Origin: Candidatus Saccharimonadota bacterium
Lineage (GTDB): Bacteria; Patescibacteriota; Saccharimonadia; Saccharimonadales; Saccharimonadaceae
Direction of reading: 5' to 3'
DNA: 64,000 nt
Assembly: GCA_013333645.2 (NCBI GenBank)
Contig: JABCOK020000008.1
Location: forward strand, 1,741-65,740
Shown one piece after another: positions 37,259-46,572 of the stretch (positions are counted from its first letter, which is position 1; the number at the start of each line of letters is the position of its first letter). The notes under the pieces are model-generated. The model was not told the origin of the DNA. It did not search any database and was given only the letters and a program-made list of their open reading frames with translations. The position numbers were made by a program, and so were the translations under genes.

Positions 37259-38530
37259 CTACCCCTGTTGTGCGAGCCGCTGCCGCACCCAGCCATCAAT
37301 CGTGCCTGCTCCCATGCAGAGCACAAGCTTGCCCTCGGCGCGGGCAGTTTGGATGACGTGCCACAAGGCATCATCGAGCTCGGCATAGTGAACGCTATTA
37401 TGGTTTGTTAGTTGCTCAGTCAGTTGCTGCGGGGTGAGGATGGATAGAGCTGGGTCTTCGCGACTAAGGTAGGTTGGTAGCCAATAGATTTGCTCGGCGC
37501 GCTCCATACAGTCGGTGTATTGCTGACGGATCTCATGCTGACGGACGTTTTGATGTGGCTGATATACCAGCACAACGTGGTCGGACAATTCTCGTGCCAT
37601 TTGCAATGTCGCGGCGATTTCTACCGGGTGGTGGCCATAATCGCTATACAACCCAGTCCCAAGCCGCTCAAAGCGTCGCTGCACTCCCGGGAAGGTATTG
37701 ATAGCTGCTCGAATGTGCTCGGGTGAGCCAAGCCTGAGCTGTTTACATGCCGTTGCCACCAGTGTTGCGTTTGCTCGGTTGTGGGCCCCTGCGAGTGCAA
37801 ATTGCTGCACATCCTCATCTTCCAAGACACGCGCCCGCCGCCGTGGTGGCACAACGCCCGCATCGGCATCGCGCTGCCACATGATAGTATATTCGCTCTG
37901 TTCAAGGAAGCGACTAAAGGCATCGGTGTAATCCTGCTTGGTAGGGTAGGTGTCCGGGTGGTCGTAGTCAACAGAGGTCAGCAGCGTGAGATGAGGGTGG
38001 AATTGCAAAAAGTTGCGGTCAAACTCATCACACTCATACACAAAGTAGCGGCTGCCTGGCACATAGTGGCCACTGGGACCAAAGCTTAGCGTAGTACCCA
38101 CCGAGTAACTTACTGGCTCACCCAGCTGACGCAGCGCCCACACCATCAGGCCAGTTGTCGTCGTCTTGCCGTGGGTACCAGCGATGGCGATGAGCTGGAG
38201 GTCTTTTTCGTTGATGAGATAAGTGAGGAGCTCATCGCGCTTAGCAGTGTAGATGCCAAGTCGACGTGCCAAGACAAGCTCGGGGTGATCGGGCGGCAAA
38301 GCTGCCGTATAGATAAACCAATCGATGGGGGTTTGCTTGTGGCGGTAGGCCAGGTATTCGCCTGTTTGGTCTTGTGAGACGGAGATGCCACGCTGCTCGA
38401 GTTCTTGCGTCTCGAGCCCAACATGGCTATCCGAGCCAAGCACATGGTGCCCTGCGTCGTGCGCCAACTCAGCCAATGGCCCCAGGCCCACGCCGCCGAT
38501 TCCAGAGAAGTAGATATTCATACCTTCCAT
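37259..38530 (-). CDS. Mur ligase family protein, MurC/Mpl-like
   Basis: N-terminal GIGGVGLGPLA...GSD, ATP-binding GTHGKTTTT. Confidence 0.75.
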   Translation of the reverse strand: MEGMNIYFSGIGGVGLGPLAELAHDAGHHVLGSDSHVGLETQELEQRGISVSQDQTGEYLAYRHKQTPIDWFIYTAALPPDHPELVLARRLGIYTAKRDELLTYLINEKDLQLIAIAGTHGKTTTTGLMVWALRQLGEPVSYSVGTTLSFGPSGHYVPGSRYFVYECDEFDRNFLQFHPHLTLLTSVDYDHPDTYPTKQDYTDAFSRFLEQSEYTIMWQRDADAGVVPPRRRARVLEDEDVQQFALAGAHNRANATLVATACKQLRLGSPEHIRAAINTFPGVQRRFERLGTGLYSDYGHHPVEIAATLQMARELSDHVVLVYQPHQNVRQHEIRQQYTDCMERAEQIYWLPTYLSREDPALSILTPQQLTEQLTNHNSVHYAELDDALWHVIQTARAEGKLVLCMGAGTIDGWVRQRLAQQG

Positions 38531-38664
38531 TGTACCGCCTCTGGCACAAAACCACCAGAGGTAGCTAAGGAGTGCGATCGCTCCACCTCGCGCTACTGGG
38601 TTCAATATTGAGGTTATGCTATACTAGAGCCAAAGCATAAGTGGGCATACGTAGGGTACATAGC

Positions 38665-39300
38665 ATGGCAAACAAACAGCAAGTCAAGCGCTCGATGAAG
38701 CGGCTCCGGCACATTAAGATGTGGCACTTGGTGCTACTGCTTATGGTGCTGCTTGTGCTGTCTGCGACCTTCTTGCGGCTCAATAATGTGGGGATGACTG
38801 AGCGGCGACGGGCAGTTCTCTCGGCAGATAAGGCGGGCAATATGGAGCAGATCCGCCAGCGCATCGCTGACCTCCAGCAGTATTCCTCTGCCCATATGAA
38901 TGCCGATACTGGCCCAATCTACCTACAAGAGCAGTACAATCGCGACGTCAAGGCTGCGCTTAACGCCTCAATGAGTACCACTAATCGTGCTGGCCAAACC
39001 GCCAACGCCAAGGCCGATGCAGTGTGTAAGCCACGCTTCCATAGCTGGTCGATCGACTATGTACGCTGCGTCTACGAAGAGCTGGGCAAGCTTAGTAGCA
39101 CCAATGCTAGCCTCCAAACTGCCAAGATGCCCGACACCAGCCTCTACCACTACAACTTTAGTGCACCACTATGGTCGCCCGACTTTGCTGGCTGGACGAT
39201 TCTCCTTACTGGCGTAGTCATCTCGGCCATTCTTGGGCGTATCGTGGGGATGATTATTTTGCGGATTATGCTGCGCATTCAGTATCGAGCAGCAAAATAA
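38665..39300 (+). CDS. Hypothetical membrane protein (N- and C-terminal TM helices)
   Basis: ORF with basic N-terminus and TM WHLVLLLMVLLVLSATFL; start choice uncertain (38641 GTG or 38665 ATG). Confidence 0.5.
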   Translation: MANKQQVKRSMKRLRHIKMWHLVLLLMVLLVLSATFLRLNNVGMTERRRAVLSADKAGNMEQIRQRIADLQQYSSAHMNADTGPIYLQEQYNRDVKAALNASMSTTNRAGQTANAKADAVCKPRFHSWSIDYVRCVYEELGKLSSTNASLQTAKMPDTSLYHYNFSAPLWSPDFAGWTILLTGVVISAILGRIVGMIILRIMLRIQYRAAK

Positions 39301-39518
39301 ATAGCCAAAAAATAAAAAACTACAACATAATTTACAACACGTACAACACGCAAGATGGCCGTGAGCGGGCGTTTGCTAGACGATCCATAAAATTTATGCT
39401 TGACCCCTGTTTATCGTACAAAAATAGTACCAACATCTATCATACACAATAACCATAAGCAGAAAGCAAAATCGCGCGTCTATGGTCGCCATCTCTGTAA
39501 AAAATCGCTGCCAAAGTG

Positions 39519-39547
39519 TTGACATCCATTTTGTGAGCATGTAGGCT
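39519..39547 (+). promoter_or_regulatory. Sigma-70-type promoter TTGACA-17-TAGGCT
   Basis: TTGACA 39519-39524, 17-nt spacer, TAGGCT 39542-39547, then a leader with AGGAGG at 39567-39572. Confidence 0.55.
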
Positions 39548-39578
39548 AGGTTTTGTAAGATCAAATAGGAGGAGCACT

Positions 39579-39827
39579 ATGGCTTACAAATATACTAGTT
39601 CGAATGGTACTACATACTACTTGCACACGCAAAAAGATGCGGTATTGCGCGGTGGCGTAAAGCGGACGATTTACTACTTTTGCAAATCACCAAACAACGG
39701 CAAAGGTGAGCCGTGTGACATGCCTGAGGGTTACTACGTGAAGGAACACTCACGTAACAAATTCCCCTTTGCTGCCAAGAAAGACGCGGCAAAGCCCACC
39801 AAGAAGGCTGCTAAAACAGCCAAATAA
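39579..39827 (+). CDS. Small basic protein with Lys/Ala-rich tail
   Basis: AGGAGG 6 nt before ATG; C-terminal AAKKDAAKPTKKAAKTAK; terminator follows. Confidence 0.65.
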   Translation: MAYKYTSSNGTTYYLHTQKDAVLRGGVKRTIYYFCKSPNNGKGEPCDMPEGYYVKEHSRNKFPFAAKKDAAKPTKKAAKTAK

Positions 39828-39845
39828 CCCGGACACTTGTATATG

Positions 39846-39882
39846 AAAAAAAGACCTTTCTGTAATAGAAGGGTCTTTTTTG
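39846..39882 (+). terminator. Rho-independent terminator
   Basis: AAGACCTTTC/GAAGGGTCTT stem followed by TTTTTT. Confidence 0.75.
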
Positions 39883-40113
39883 TTGAACTTAGTGCAAGAG
39901 AGGGCTGCAAAGCAAGTAGAGTATGAGATGAAGCAAGCCGCGAGCCTATACCGCGTGACGATAACTAAGTTTGCATAGAGAAGGACGCTCTCGCACTACT
40001 CAGAGCACCAGAGAGCGGCGCTCAGCGTGAGCTGCGGTTTTCTCTCGTTTTGCGCCGTTCGCAGCGAGAGGAGTATGAGAGGAGGTGTGAGCGCATAAGC
40101 TGCGTATTAGCAA

Positions 40114-40851
40114 TTAGCTATATGACATGTTATGCATTGGTGCAGTGCTCCCCACATGCAGTGCCGGACGAACGCGCATTGGCGAACTACCACGAGTGGT
40201 TTTGCCGAGACGTTGGCGCACTTGGCCATGCAAGACTGTTCCTGAGACAGCGCTGCCATCAATCAATGCTTCACCGGCAAAGAGTGTACTCGTCCAGCGC
40301 TTGCGTTGTTCGCAGTCTGGTGCTTGGAGATTCTGCAAGACGAGCGCACACCATAGTTGTCGGGTCATCAGTTGGCGCGTGTCGGAGTCGTTGACAGTGT
40401 ATATATTCCTGGGCTGTGCAGTGATATCGTTGTAACTGCCCATTGCTAGGCCAGTGTCAGAGATAATGGTGACGAAGAGCGTCCAAGGAGCTGTAAGGTC
40501 GGTATGGTCAGTGCCAAGAGGAAGACGCTTGTCGACGAAGTCTGGCTTGGTTATCTCAGGTTGACTGCTGCGGATATGTCTGCTTTGAGCTCGGCGCACA
40601 TCAAACAAACGGGCGTGTGGCACTAGGAGAGGGCCATAGATAGCCTCCTCAGCGAAGGGGCAGCTCTGGAAGTGCCGTGACAGATCGCTAGATAACGTTG
40701 CAACCGTATCCCAGACCGATGCGTCAAAGGCGCTCCGCAGATAAGCTTCAGTTGGCACAGGAATACCAGCTTCGGCTAAGGCACGAGCAATTGATGGGCA
40801 CTGGCTCCAGCCACTGTTGGCGAGTTGAGCGAGTATGACTGAATAAGACAT
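40114..40851 (-). CDS. Hypothetical protein (245 aa)
   Basis: AGGAGG SD 5 nt upstream of ATG 40851; no motif recognised; overlapping + strand ORFs considered shadows. Confidence 0.5.
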   Translation of the reverse strand: MSYSVILAQLANSGWSQCPSIARALAEAGIPVPTEAYLRSAFDASVWDTVATLSSDLSRHFQSCPFAEEAIYGPLLVPHARLFDVRRAQSRHIRSSQPEITKPDFVDKRLPLGTDHTDLTAPWTLFVTIISDTGLAMGSYNDITAQPRNIYTVNDSDTRQLMTRQLWCALVLQNLQAPDCEQRKRWTSTLFAGEALIDGSAVSGTVLHGQVRQRLGKTTRGSSPMRVRPALHVGSTAPMHNMSYS

Positions 40852-40954
40852 ATTCCTCCTTTGCTGGCTAAATATTATGACGACGACATATCCACGACTG
40901 CTATGCCTGGTACGAGGTTGCACTTGTCTTCTATAAGATGACGGCGCATGGTGG

Positions 40955-41140
40955 TTATTTCTGCTGACTCTTTTGATTAAGCTGCATTTGAAGGTCAAAC
41001 ACTTGCTTACCAAGCGAGTCGACTGCGCTGTGGTAGTTGTTTTGCAGCGCTACAGCCCAGCCAATAAGCGATAGAAGACCGATGGTAAGCACTGCTAGCC
41101 ATGCAATGATGATCTTGTCGGATAATTTTTTGCTCTTCAT
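40955..41140 (-). CDS. Small single-pass membrane protein
   Basis: MKSKKLSDKIIIAWLAVLTIGLLSLIGWAVAL then a short coiled tail. Confidence 0.45.
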   Translation of the reverse strand: MKSKKLSDKIIIAWLAVLTIGLLSLIGWAVALQNNYHSAVDSLGKQVFDLQMQLNQKSQQK

Positions 41141-41434
41141 ATCCGTAGTATAGCAGAAGGTAACGATTATATGCAATGAAGTTTTGCAATAAGCAATAGT
41201 ATGATGTTGCTAATACAATCGTAAGATTCCTGGCGATTATTCTGGCCAAGCTGCAAGGGTATTACCTGCTGGGTCTTGAAGATAAAGCACTTTTACTGTA
41301 GTTAACTTCGTAGCGTCTTGGGCTGGAAGCTTGATATAGTCTATGCGGCTAGCTACATTACTCATAGTCCTATTAATACCGTTTGCGCATACTAAAACAC
41401 GCCACTATGGGCGTGCTATGACTAGTCTTTGCAA

Positions 41435-41510
41435 TGGTGGGGGCGGCTGGACTTGAACCAGCGGCCAACAGGTTATGAGCCCGCTGCTCTGACCACTGAG
41501 CTACGCCCCC
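41435..41510 (-). tRNA. tRNA with CAU anticodon, probably tRNA-Ile2 (lysidine-modified)
   Basis: Cloverleaf GGGGGCG/CGCCCCC acceptor, loop CTCATAA, encoded CCA. D arm and T arm (GCTGGTTCAAGTCCAGC) match my memory of E. coli ileX rather than metT. Confidence 0.85.
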
Positions 41511-41554
41511 AGATCCACTTGCCACATTATACCGTATTGTTGGTGTATATGCTA

Positions 41555-42166
41555 CTAGTAATCGAGTTTACTAAGGCTCCGGACGTCTTCGCCGGCAGCA
41601 GCGGAGCGCCGATCAATGCCTTCTGGTTCCTCTTGCTGTGGTCTATTTCTACGCTGAGCGGCGGTTTGGGATGGGTGAGTGGTTTTAGCGGCATCACGTA
41701 CTTTTCGGCGGTATGCAACGATTGCATAGAATTGCTCTGTCGCCTCAGTGCGGCACTTTTCATATTCTTGTGGTGGCATGCCAAAGAGATGGTCGGCAAT
41801 GGCGTGATCGAGCTCTCGCCAAGCATTGACAAGTTCGGGGGTGGGATGACGAGTGCGTTTGCGCTCAAGCGCATTAACAGAGCGTTGTCGGGCAAGGAGA
41901 TCATCAAATGTAGGCCTCTTTGGCTGCGTTTCAGAGGTAGAGCCACCTGTGGTATGAGTGTTGGGGTGTATTGCGGGTATAGGCTCGGTTTGTTCATGAT
42001 CGGCAGAATAAGAAGTATCGCTATCACCAAATAGCTCGCCTTGTATTGCTAATTGGCCTACCCGTACTGCTGCATATGTCACAGCACCAAATACCGTTTT
42101 TGGTGGCGTTGAAGATTCTAGGCTGCGTTGTTGAGCAGCCTCTTGAGAAGGTTGTTTGTATGTCAT
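41555..42166 (-). CDS. Hypothetical hydrophilic protein (203 aa)
   Basis: Start at ATG 42166 (MTYKQPSQE) with TATAAC upstream; competing ORFs on both strands look like shadows. Confidence 0.45.
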   Translation of the reverse strand: MTYKQPSQEAAQQRSLESSTPPKTVFGAVTYAAVRVGQLAIQGELFGDSDTSYSADHEQTEPIPAIHPNTHTTGGSTSETQPKRPTFDDLLARQRSVNALERKRTRHPTPELVNAWRELDHAIADHLFGMPPQEYEKCRTEATEQFYAIVAYRRKVRDAAKTTHPSQTAAQRRNRPQQEEPEGIDRRSAAAGEDVRSLSKLDY

Positions 42167-42304
42167 CTTGCATTGGTTATAGCACAGAGGTCGACACCTG
42201 GCAAGTCTATGAGCGATTTTTAACCAAAATTGTGGTGCACAGCGTATTTTTTGCTCGCCGCAGCCTTTGCAGCAACTGCGTGGTCTACGGTATAATAGAA
42301 GCCT

Positions 42305-42763
42305 ATGAAGTTTGTGTTTAGCGACACCACCAAGCGCCACATCATCTACAAGATCAAGCATGATTACCTCCAGCTCAATACTATTGTGCTGGCGCTTGCG
42401 CTCGTGATTGCGACATACCTTGCCTGGCAGTCGGTGGCACGTCTCCAGCAGAACTACACGCAGCAGCGCGAGCTAGAGACGAAACGGCGGCAGCTTGTCC
42501 TCACCGAGCTTGAGACGCAAACGCTGCAATACCAAAAGAACTTCCGCGAGAGTGACGAGTACAAAGAGCTTGCTGCCCGCGAGAAGCTTGGCTTGGTGGC
42601 GCCTGGCGAGAAGGTGATTGTGCTGCCCAAGAACAGCCCCGAGGCGCACGACCCACCAACCGATAAGCCTACCAACCCCGATACACAGAGTAGCAACTTC
42701 GAGCAGTGGGTGACCTTCCTCTTTGGTGGTGCAGCTGAGCAGGCCCAGCAAAAGGATAAATAA
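42305..42763 (+). CDS. FtsB/DivIC-like septum formation initiator
   Basis: TM anchor, coiled coil, then EYKELAAREKLGLVAPGEKVIVL. Confidence 0.7.
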   Translation: MKFVFSDTTKRHIIYKIKHDYLQLNTIVLALALVIATYLAWQSVARLQQNYTQQRELETKRRQLVLTELETQTLQYQKNFRESDEYKELAAREKLGLVAPGEKVIVLPKNSPEAHDPPTDKPTNPDTQSSNFEQWVTFLFGGAAEQAQQKDK

Positions 42764-42846
42764 CAAGCGGGGGAGCAGAAATCTTGATATTCAGGTGGTA
42801 AATCCTTGACAATTGGCATTCATCACTGGTAGAATAAGAACCGTAA

Positions 42847-42925
<79 letters not shown>

Positions 42926-42931
42926 GGTAAG

Positions 42932-42957
42932 AACCCTACCACATGGTAGGGTTTTTG
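42932..42957 (+). terminator. Rho-independent terminator after tRNA-fMet
   Basis: AACCCTACC/GGTAGGGTT stem, ACAT loop, TTTTT. Confidence 0.8.
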
Positions 42958-43372
42958 CTTTGGACTATCTTGGGAGGGTAGAGAAGAATAAGTTCGACGC
43001 TCGTCTCAGCACACTATTTTAGTCTCGCTACCACTGATGGTTAGCAGTGTGCCATGAGTGCTATGCGAGTTATCAGAGTCTCACCTCAGGCATCAACCAG
43101 TGAGCGCTGTGCATATCTCTGATGTAGCCAGCAATGGCTCGGGTCATCTTGGCGAACGATTTAGGGGTAAGCGCGTGGGAGAGGTAACAAAATAGCCTGA
43201 GAGGTGGCATATAGCACGACAAGCAAAGGGCCGCCCTGGAATGGTGAGGGATACCGAGATAGCAGGAATAAACAAGAAAAACTAAAATAAGAAATAATTT
43301 GTTTGCATTTTGTTCGTATATATGCTAGGATCGAGGTAGGTCGATAATGACAACACAAAAAAGAGGGTAGAT

Positions 43373-43489
43373 ATGCGAAAAAAGACGAAAGAAACCATAC
43401 TCGCCACCTGGAATCGGTCGCGTAGTATGGCAGAGCTGCGGGCATTCATTGCCGCGCGCCACAGCAAATTAGCAAAGGTAGAGCTCTAA
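43373..43489 (+). CDS. Possible 38-aa basic peptide (below ORF-track cutoff)
   Basis: AGAGGG 5 nt before ATG; MRKKTKETILATWNRSRSMAELRAFIAARHSKLAKVEL*; hairpin AGCACCT/AGGTGCT downstream. Confidence 0.3.
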   Translation: MRKKTKETILATWNRSRSMAELRAFIAARHSKLAKVEL

Positions 43490-43631
43490 AAAGACCAAAA
43501 AGCACCTTGGGCGATGTACCTGAGGTGCTTTGAATATATCCCTATTACTATTCATCCTCGCACACTCGAGATAGGCTATAGCCTTGGATAAAAACAAAAC
43601 GGCGCACTCATCGTACGCCGCCTATCATACC

Positions 43632-43708
43632 TGGTAGCACCGACTGGGATCGAACCAGTGACCTCAGGCTTATGAGTCCTGCGCTCTAACCGGCTGAGCT
43701 ACGGTGCC
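43632..43708 (-). tRNA. Elongator tRNA-Met (CAU)
   Basis: GGCACCG/CGGTGCT acceptor (G1-U72), loop CTCATAA, T arm ACTGGTTCGATCCCAGT, encoded CCA; resembles E. coli metT layout. Confidence 0.85.
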
Positions 43709-43839
43709 AAACATGACGCATTATAGCAGAGAATTGGTAAGAAGGCTAGAGCCCAGGCGAGTGTTTTGGCGTTCTTTTTTGCCCAGGCCAGTGGTATAAT
43801 AGAGAAAACGCCCAATCAGGAGTTAAGGAGAACCACCAC

Positions 43840-45228
43840 ATGATACGACGACCACGCTACGATTATGATTTGTTGGTGCTGGGTAGTGGTGCAGCTGGCA
43901 GTACTGCAGCTTTGGTGGCGGCCCGGGCAGATAAGAAAGTGGGGTTGATTGAGGCAGACACCTTTGGTGGCGGTGCGCCTAATTGGGGAGATATTCCTGT
44001 CAAGACGCTGCTGGGTGTGGCACAGCTCTATAACCGCATCCAACAGGGCCACCAGTTTGGGCTCGATACATCGCGAGTGGATTTTGACTACCCTGCTATC
44101 CAGCATTGGAAAAATACAGTGGTAGAGCGAACTGGTGCGGGCGATAACGAGCACTATTATAACCAACAAGGAATTGACACATTCTACGGCAAAGGTGTTT
44201 TACGCGACCAGCACACTGTGACGATTGGCGACCATGAAGTAACGGCAGGGCATATCTTGATCGCAACAGGGGCGCATGTGACCCAGCCAGCGATTGCAGG
44301 CATTGAGACGATCGATTGGCTCACGCCGCGTACTGCCCTCAAACTGAGCCGCCCGCCACGTAGCCTATTGATCATTGGTGCGACGACGACGGCGATTGAG
44401 CTCGCGCATTTCTTTGCGACCTTTGGTAGCACGGTGTCGGTGGCAGAGCAGTCATCACGCATTTTGCCAACTGAGGATGAAGAGGTCAGTGAAGCAGTGA
44501 GCAGCCTCTTGCAGCGCGACCAACCACTGTCGGTCCTAACGCAAACGACGATTCGCTCCCTCATGCGTGGCCCAAGTGGTAATGTGATCGTCCAATATAT
44601 CCGTGGTGGTATTGAGCGGACGATGGAAGTAGAGCGTGTCTTGGTAGCAACCAAGCCAGAGCCGACCATTGATATTGGGCTTGATAATGCCGAGGTAACG
44701 TATTCGCCCGATGGCGGTGTTGAGGTCAACCAATTCTTCCAAACCAACGTGCGGCATATCTATGCGGCGGGCCACGTGCTGGGTAATGATGTGCCAACCC
44801 ACACCGTCTTGAGCGAGGGCCGGCTAACAGCACACAACATCCTTCACCCCAAATCGCAAATGACGCTCGACTACGAGTTAGTGCCGCGCGCTACCTTCAT
44901 TTATCCAGAAGTGGCTAGTGTGGGCTTTAATGAAGATGACTGTATCAAGCGCGACCTCAAGATCAATAAAGTGTTGGTACCGCTCGGGATGATTGCCCGT
45001 AGCAATACAAGTGACTTCCGCGAGGGGTTCGTCAAGCTGATTAGCGACAAACAAGGGGTATTGCTCGGTGGGACGATTGTTGCTCCACGTGCTAGTGAGC
45101 TCATCCAAGAGGTCACTCTCGCCATCAAGCATGATCTCACTGCTGAGCAGCTAGCCGAGCTCCCGCACGTTTTCTTAACGTGGAGCGAGGCAGTGCGAAC
45201 GGCGGCAAGTAAGCTGTCGCGTAAGTAG
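43840..45228 (+). CDS. Class I pyridine-nucleotide-disulfide oxidoreductase homolog (Lpd-like) lacking the redox-active cysteine pair
   Basis: FAD motif VLGSGAAGS and an NAD(P) motif are present. The canonical GGTCLNVGCIPSK reads GGGAPNWGDIPVK (43966-44004). Confidence 0.8.
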   Translation: MIRRPRYDYDLLVLGSGAAGSTAALVAARADKKVGLIEADTFGGGAPNWGDIPVKTLLGVAQLYNRIQQGHQFGLDTSRVDFDYPAIQHWKNTVVERTGAGDNEHYYNQQGIDTFYGKGVLRDQHTVTIGDHEVTAGHILIATGAHVTQPAIAGIETIDWLTPRTALKLSRPPRSLLIIGATTTAIELAHFFATFGSTVSVAEQSSRILPTEDEEVSEAVSSLLQRDQPLSVLTQTTIRSLMRGPSGNVIVQYIRGGIERTMEVERVLVATKPEPTIDIGLDNAEVTYSPDGGVEVNQFFQTNVRHIYAAGHVLGNDVPTHTVLSEGRLTAHNILHPKSQMTLDYELVPRATFIYPEVASVGFNEDDCIKRDLKINKVLVPLGMIARSNTSDFREGFVKLISDKQGVLLGGTIVAPRASELIQEVTLAIKHDLTAEQLAELPHVFLTWSEAVRTAASKLSRK

Positions 45229-45563
45229 AGAGATCTGTTTTGTAGCTGAGGCATTTTCACCTTCTTAGTTTTGGCTGCTTAATAATATAGGAGTTTGAGC
45301 TTTTAGCTCGACACCATCAGATTAGTTTTTTATTCTCTGCTACTGGTGCAAATTGCATAGGGTGTGGCCTATTGCTTTGCAGTATATTACGAAGAAGTTT
45401 GCGAGACTCTAGAGCCTACAAGAAGCTCACTGGTGAAGACTCTGCCACGCTGGCTTGCATCGGTGTATTGCTAAAATAGCAAAGAGTATCCACTTTCAGC
45501 TCCATTTAAGCAAGACGGGGCATACTACCTGTAGTAGCACATGCTACCTCCTCCTCTATCATG

Positions 45564-45599
45564 CAAGCCGCCGTTCCTCCTCCCGGGCGGCTTGTTTTG
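45564..45599 (+). terminator. Strong hairpin + T-run with no assigned upstream gene
   Basis: CAAGCCGCC/GGCGGCTTG stem then TTTT, 335 nt after the nearest + strand stop. Confidence 0.6.
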
Positions 45600-45673
45600 T
45601 GTCTTGCGCCTAGCATATTGCGCATAATAAAACTAGTATTTACTCCTCTTGGCAAAATGAATATACTATTGCC

Positions 45674-46522
45674 ATGGCATATCTTGTTGCAGTGTCTGGT
45701 GGTGTGGATAGTGTAGTGCTCTTGGATGTGATGGCGGCGCAGGCAGCGGAGCCGTTGATTGTGGCGCATGTCGATCATGGGATCCGGGGTGAAGCGTCGG
45801 CAGCGGATGCGCGCTTTGTGGCAGCACTGGCGGCGCACTATGGACTACCTTTTGTGTCTACTCAGCTTGAGCTTGGGCCAAATGCGAGCGAAGCAGCAGC
45901 GCGAGAGGCTCGGTATGATTTTTTGCTTGATACAGCAGCGCAGTATCAAGCACCAGTGGTGACGGCGCATCACTTGGATGATTTGGTAGAGACAGTGGCG
46001 CTTAACCTGGTGCGTGGAACGGGCTGGCGTGGGCTGGCCGTGCTGAACCGCCCCGGGGTGGAGCGGCCACTACTGGGCTGGCGCAAGGCAGATATCCGCG
46101 CCTATGCACTGGCTCATCGCCTGGAATGGGTGGAGGATGAGACGAATGCGAGTGACCGCTACACGCGCAATCGGCTGCGGCGCTGCATTCAGCGGCTCCT
46201 CACGGCAGAGCAGGCGGCGCAGATTACCTCGCTGCGGGATCGGCAACTTGCGCTGCGCCATACGATTAATGATGAAGTGCAACACCTCTTGCCGCAGTTT
46301 GCGGCTAAGCGCCATGGATTTATTATGATTGACGAAGCAAGTGCTCAAGAACTATTGGGTGCGATGATCATGTGGGCAGGTGCGCCGCGCCCAACTCGTC
46401 CGCGGCTTGAGCGTGCGGTGCTAGCCATCAAGACTGCTCATCCAGGCAGCCGCCATGTGGTGGGCGATGGAGTGTATTTGCAGTTTAGCCCTCGGCAATT
46501 CACTGTAGAAGTGGTACAATAG
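45674..46522 (+). CDS. tilS: tRNA(Ile)-lysidine synthetase (short form)
   Basis: PP-loop SGGVDS, HLDD motif; TATACT 6 nt before ATG. Confidence 0.85.
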   Translation: MAYLVAVSGGVDSVVLLDVMAAQAAEPLIVAHVDHGIRGEASAADARFVAALAAHYGLPFVSTQLELGPNASEAAAREARYDFLLDTAAQYQAPVVTAHHLDDLVETVALNLVRGTGWRGLAVLNRPGVERPLLGWRKADIRAYALAHRLEWVEDETNASDRYTRNRLRRCIQRLLTAEQAAQITSLRDRQLALRHTINDEVQHLLPQFAAKRHGFIMIDEASAQELLGAMIMWAGAPRPTRPRLERAVLAIKTAHPGSRHVVGDGVYLQFSPRQFTVEVVQ

Positions 46523-46572
46523 ATCAGATTACTGTGTGAGAATGCAAGCGAACGAAAGGAGTGAGTTCCCTG

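Noticed and set aside
41429-42034. 201-aa + strand ORF and 167-aa - strand ORF overlapping the tRNA at 41435-41510.
   Set aside because: The + ORF starts inside the tRNA gene (on the opposite strand). Both compete with the better-looking hydrophilic ORF 41555-42166(-), and neither has promoter or SD geometry.
43632-43708. Alternative fold of this tRNA giving a UCA (opal-reading) anticodon because of the A31/G39 mismatch.
   Set aside because: The shifted anticodon stem does not pair. The standard fold, with four Watson-Crick pairs and loop CTCATAA, gives CAU. TGA is used as a normal stop in this window.
43840-45228. Calling this gene lpdA (dihydrolipoamide dehydrogenase).
   Set aside because: Both redox-active cysteines are substituted (GGGAPNWGD) and there are no E1/E2 genes nearby. 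I kept it as a family homolog only.
45229-45600. Assigning the ORF-free region to SRP RNA, 6S RNA, tmRNA, RNase P RNA or a T-box/riboswitch for tilS.
   Set aside because: I could not find the conserved motifs, such as the SRP domain IV GGAA/AGCA pattern, the tmRNA tag ORF or a T-box sequence. The terminator is followed by a separate tilS promoter, which argues against an attenuator.
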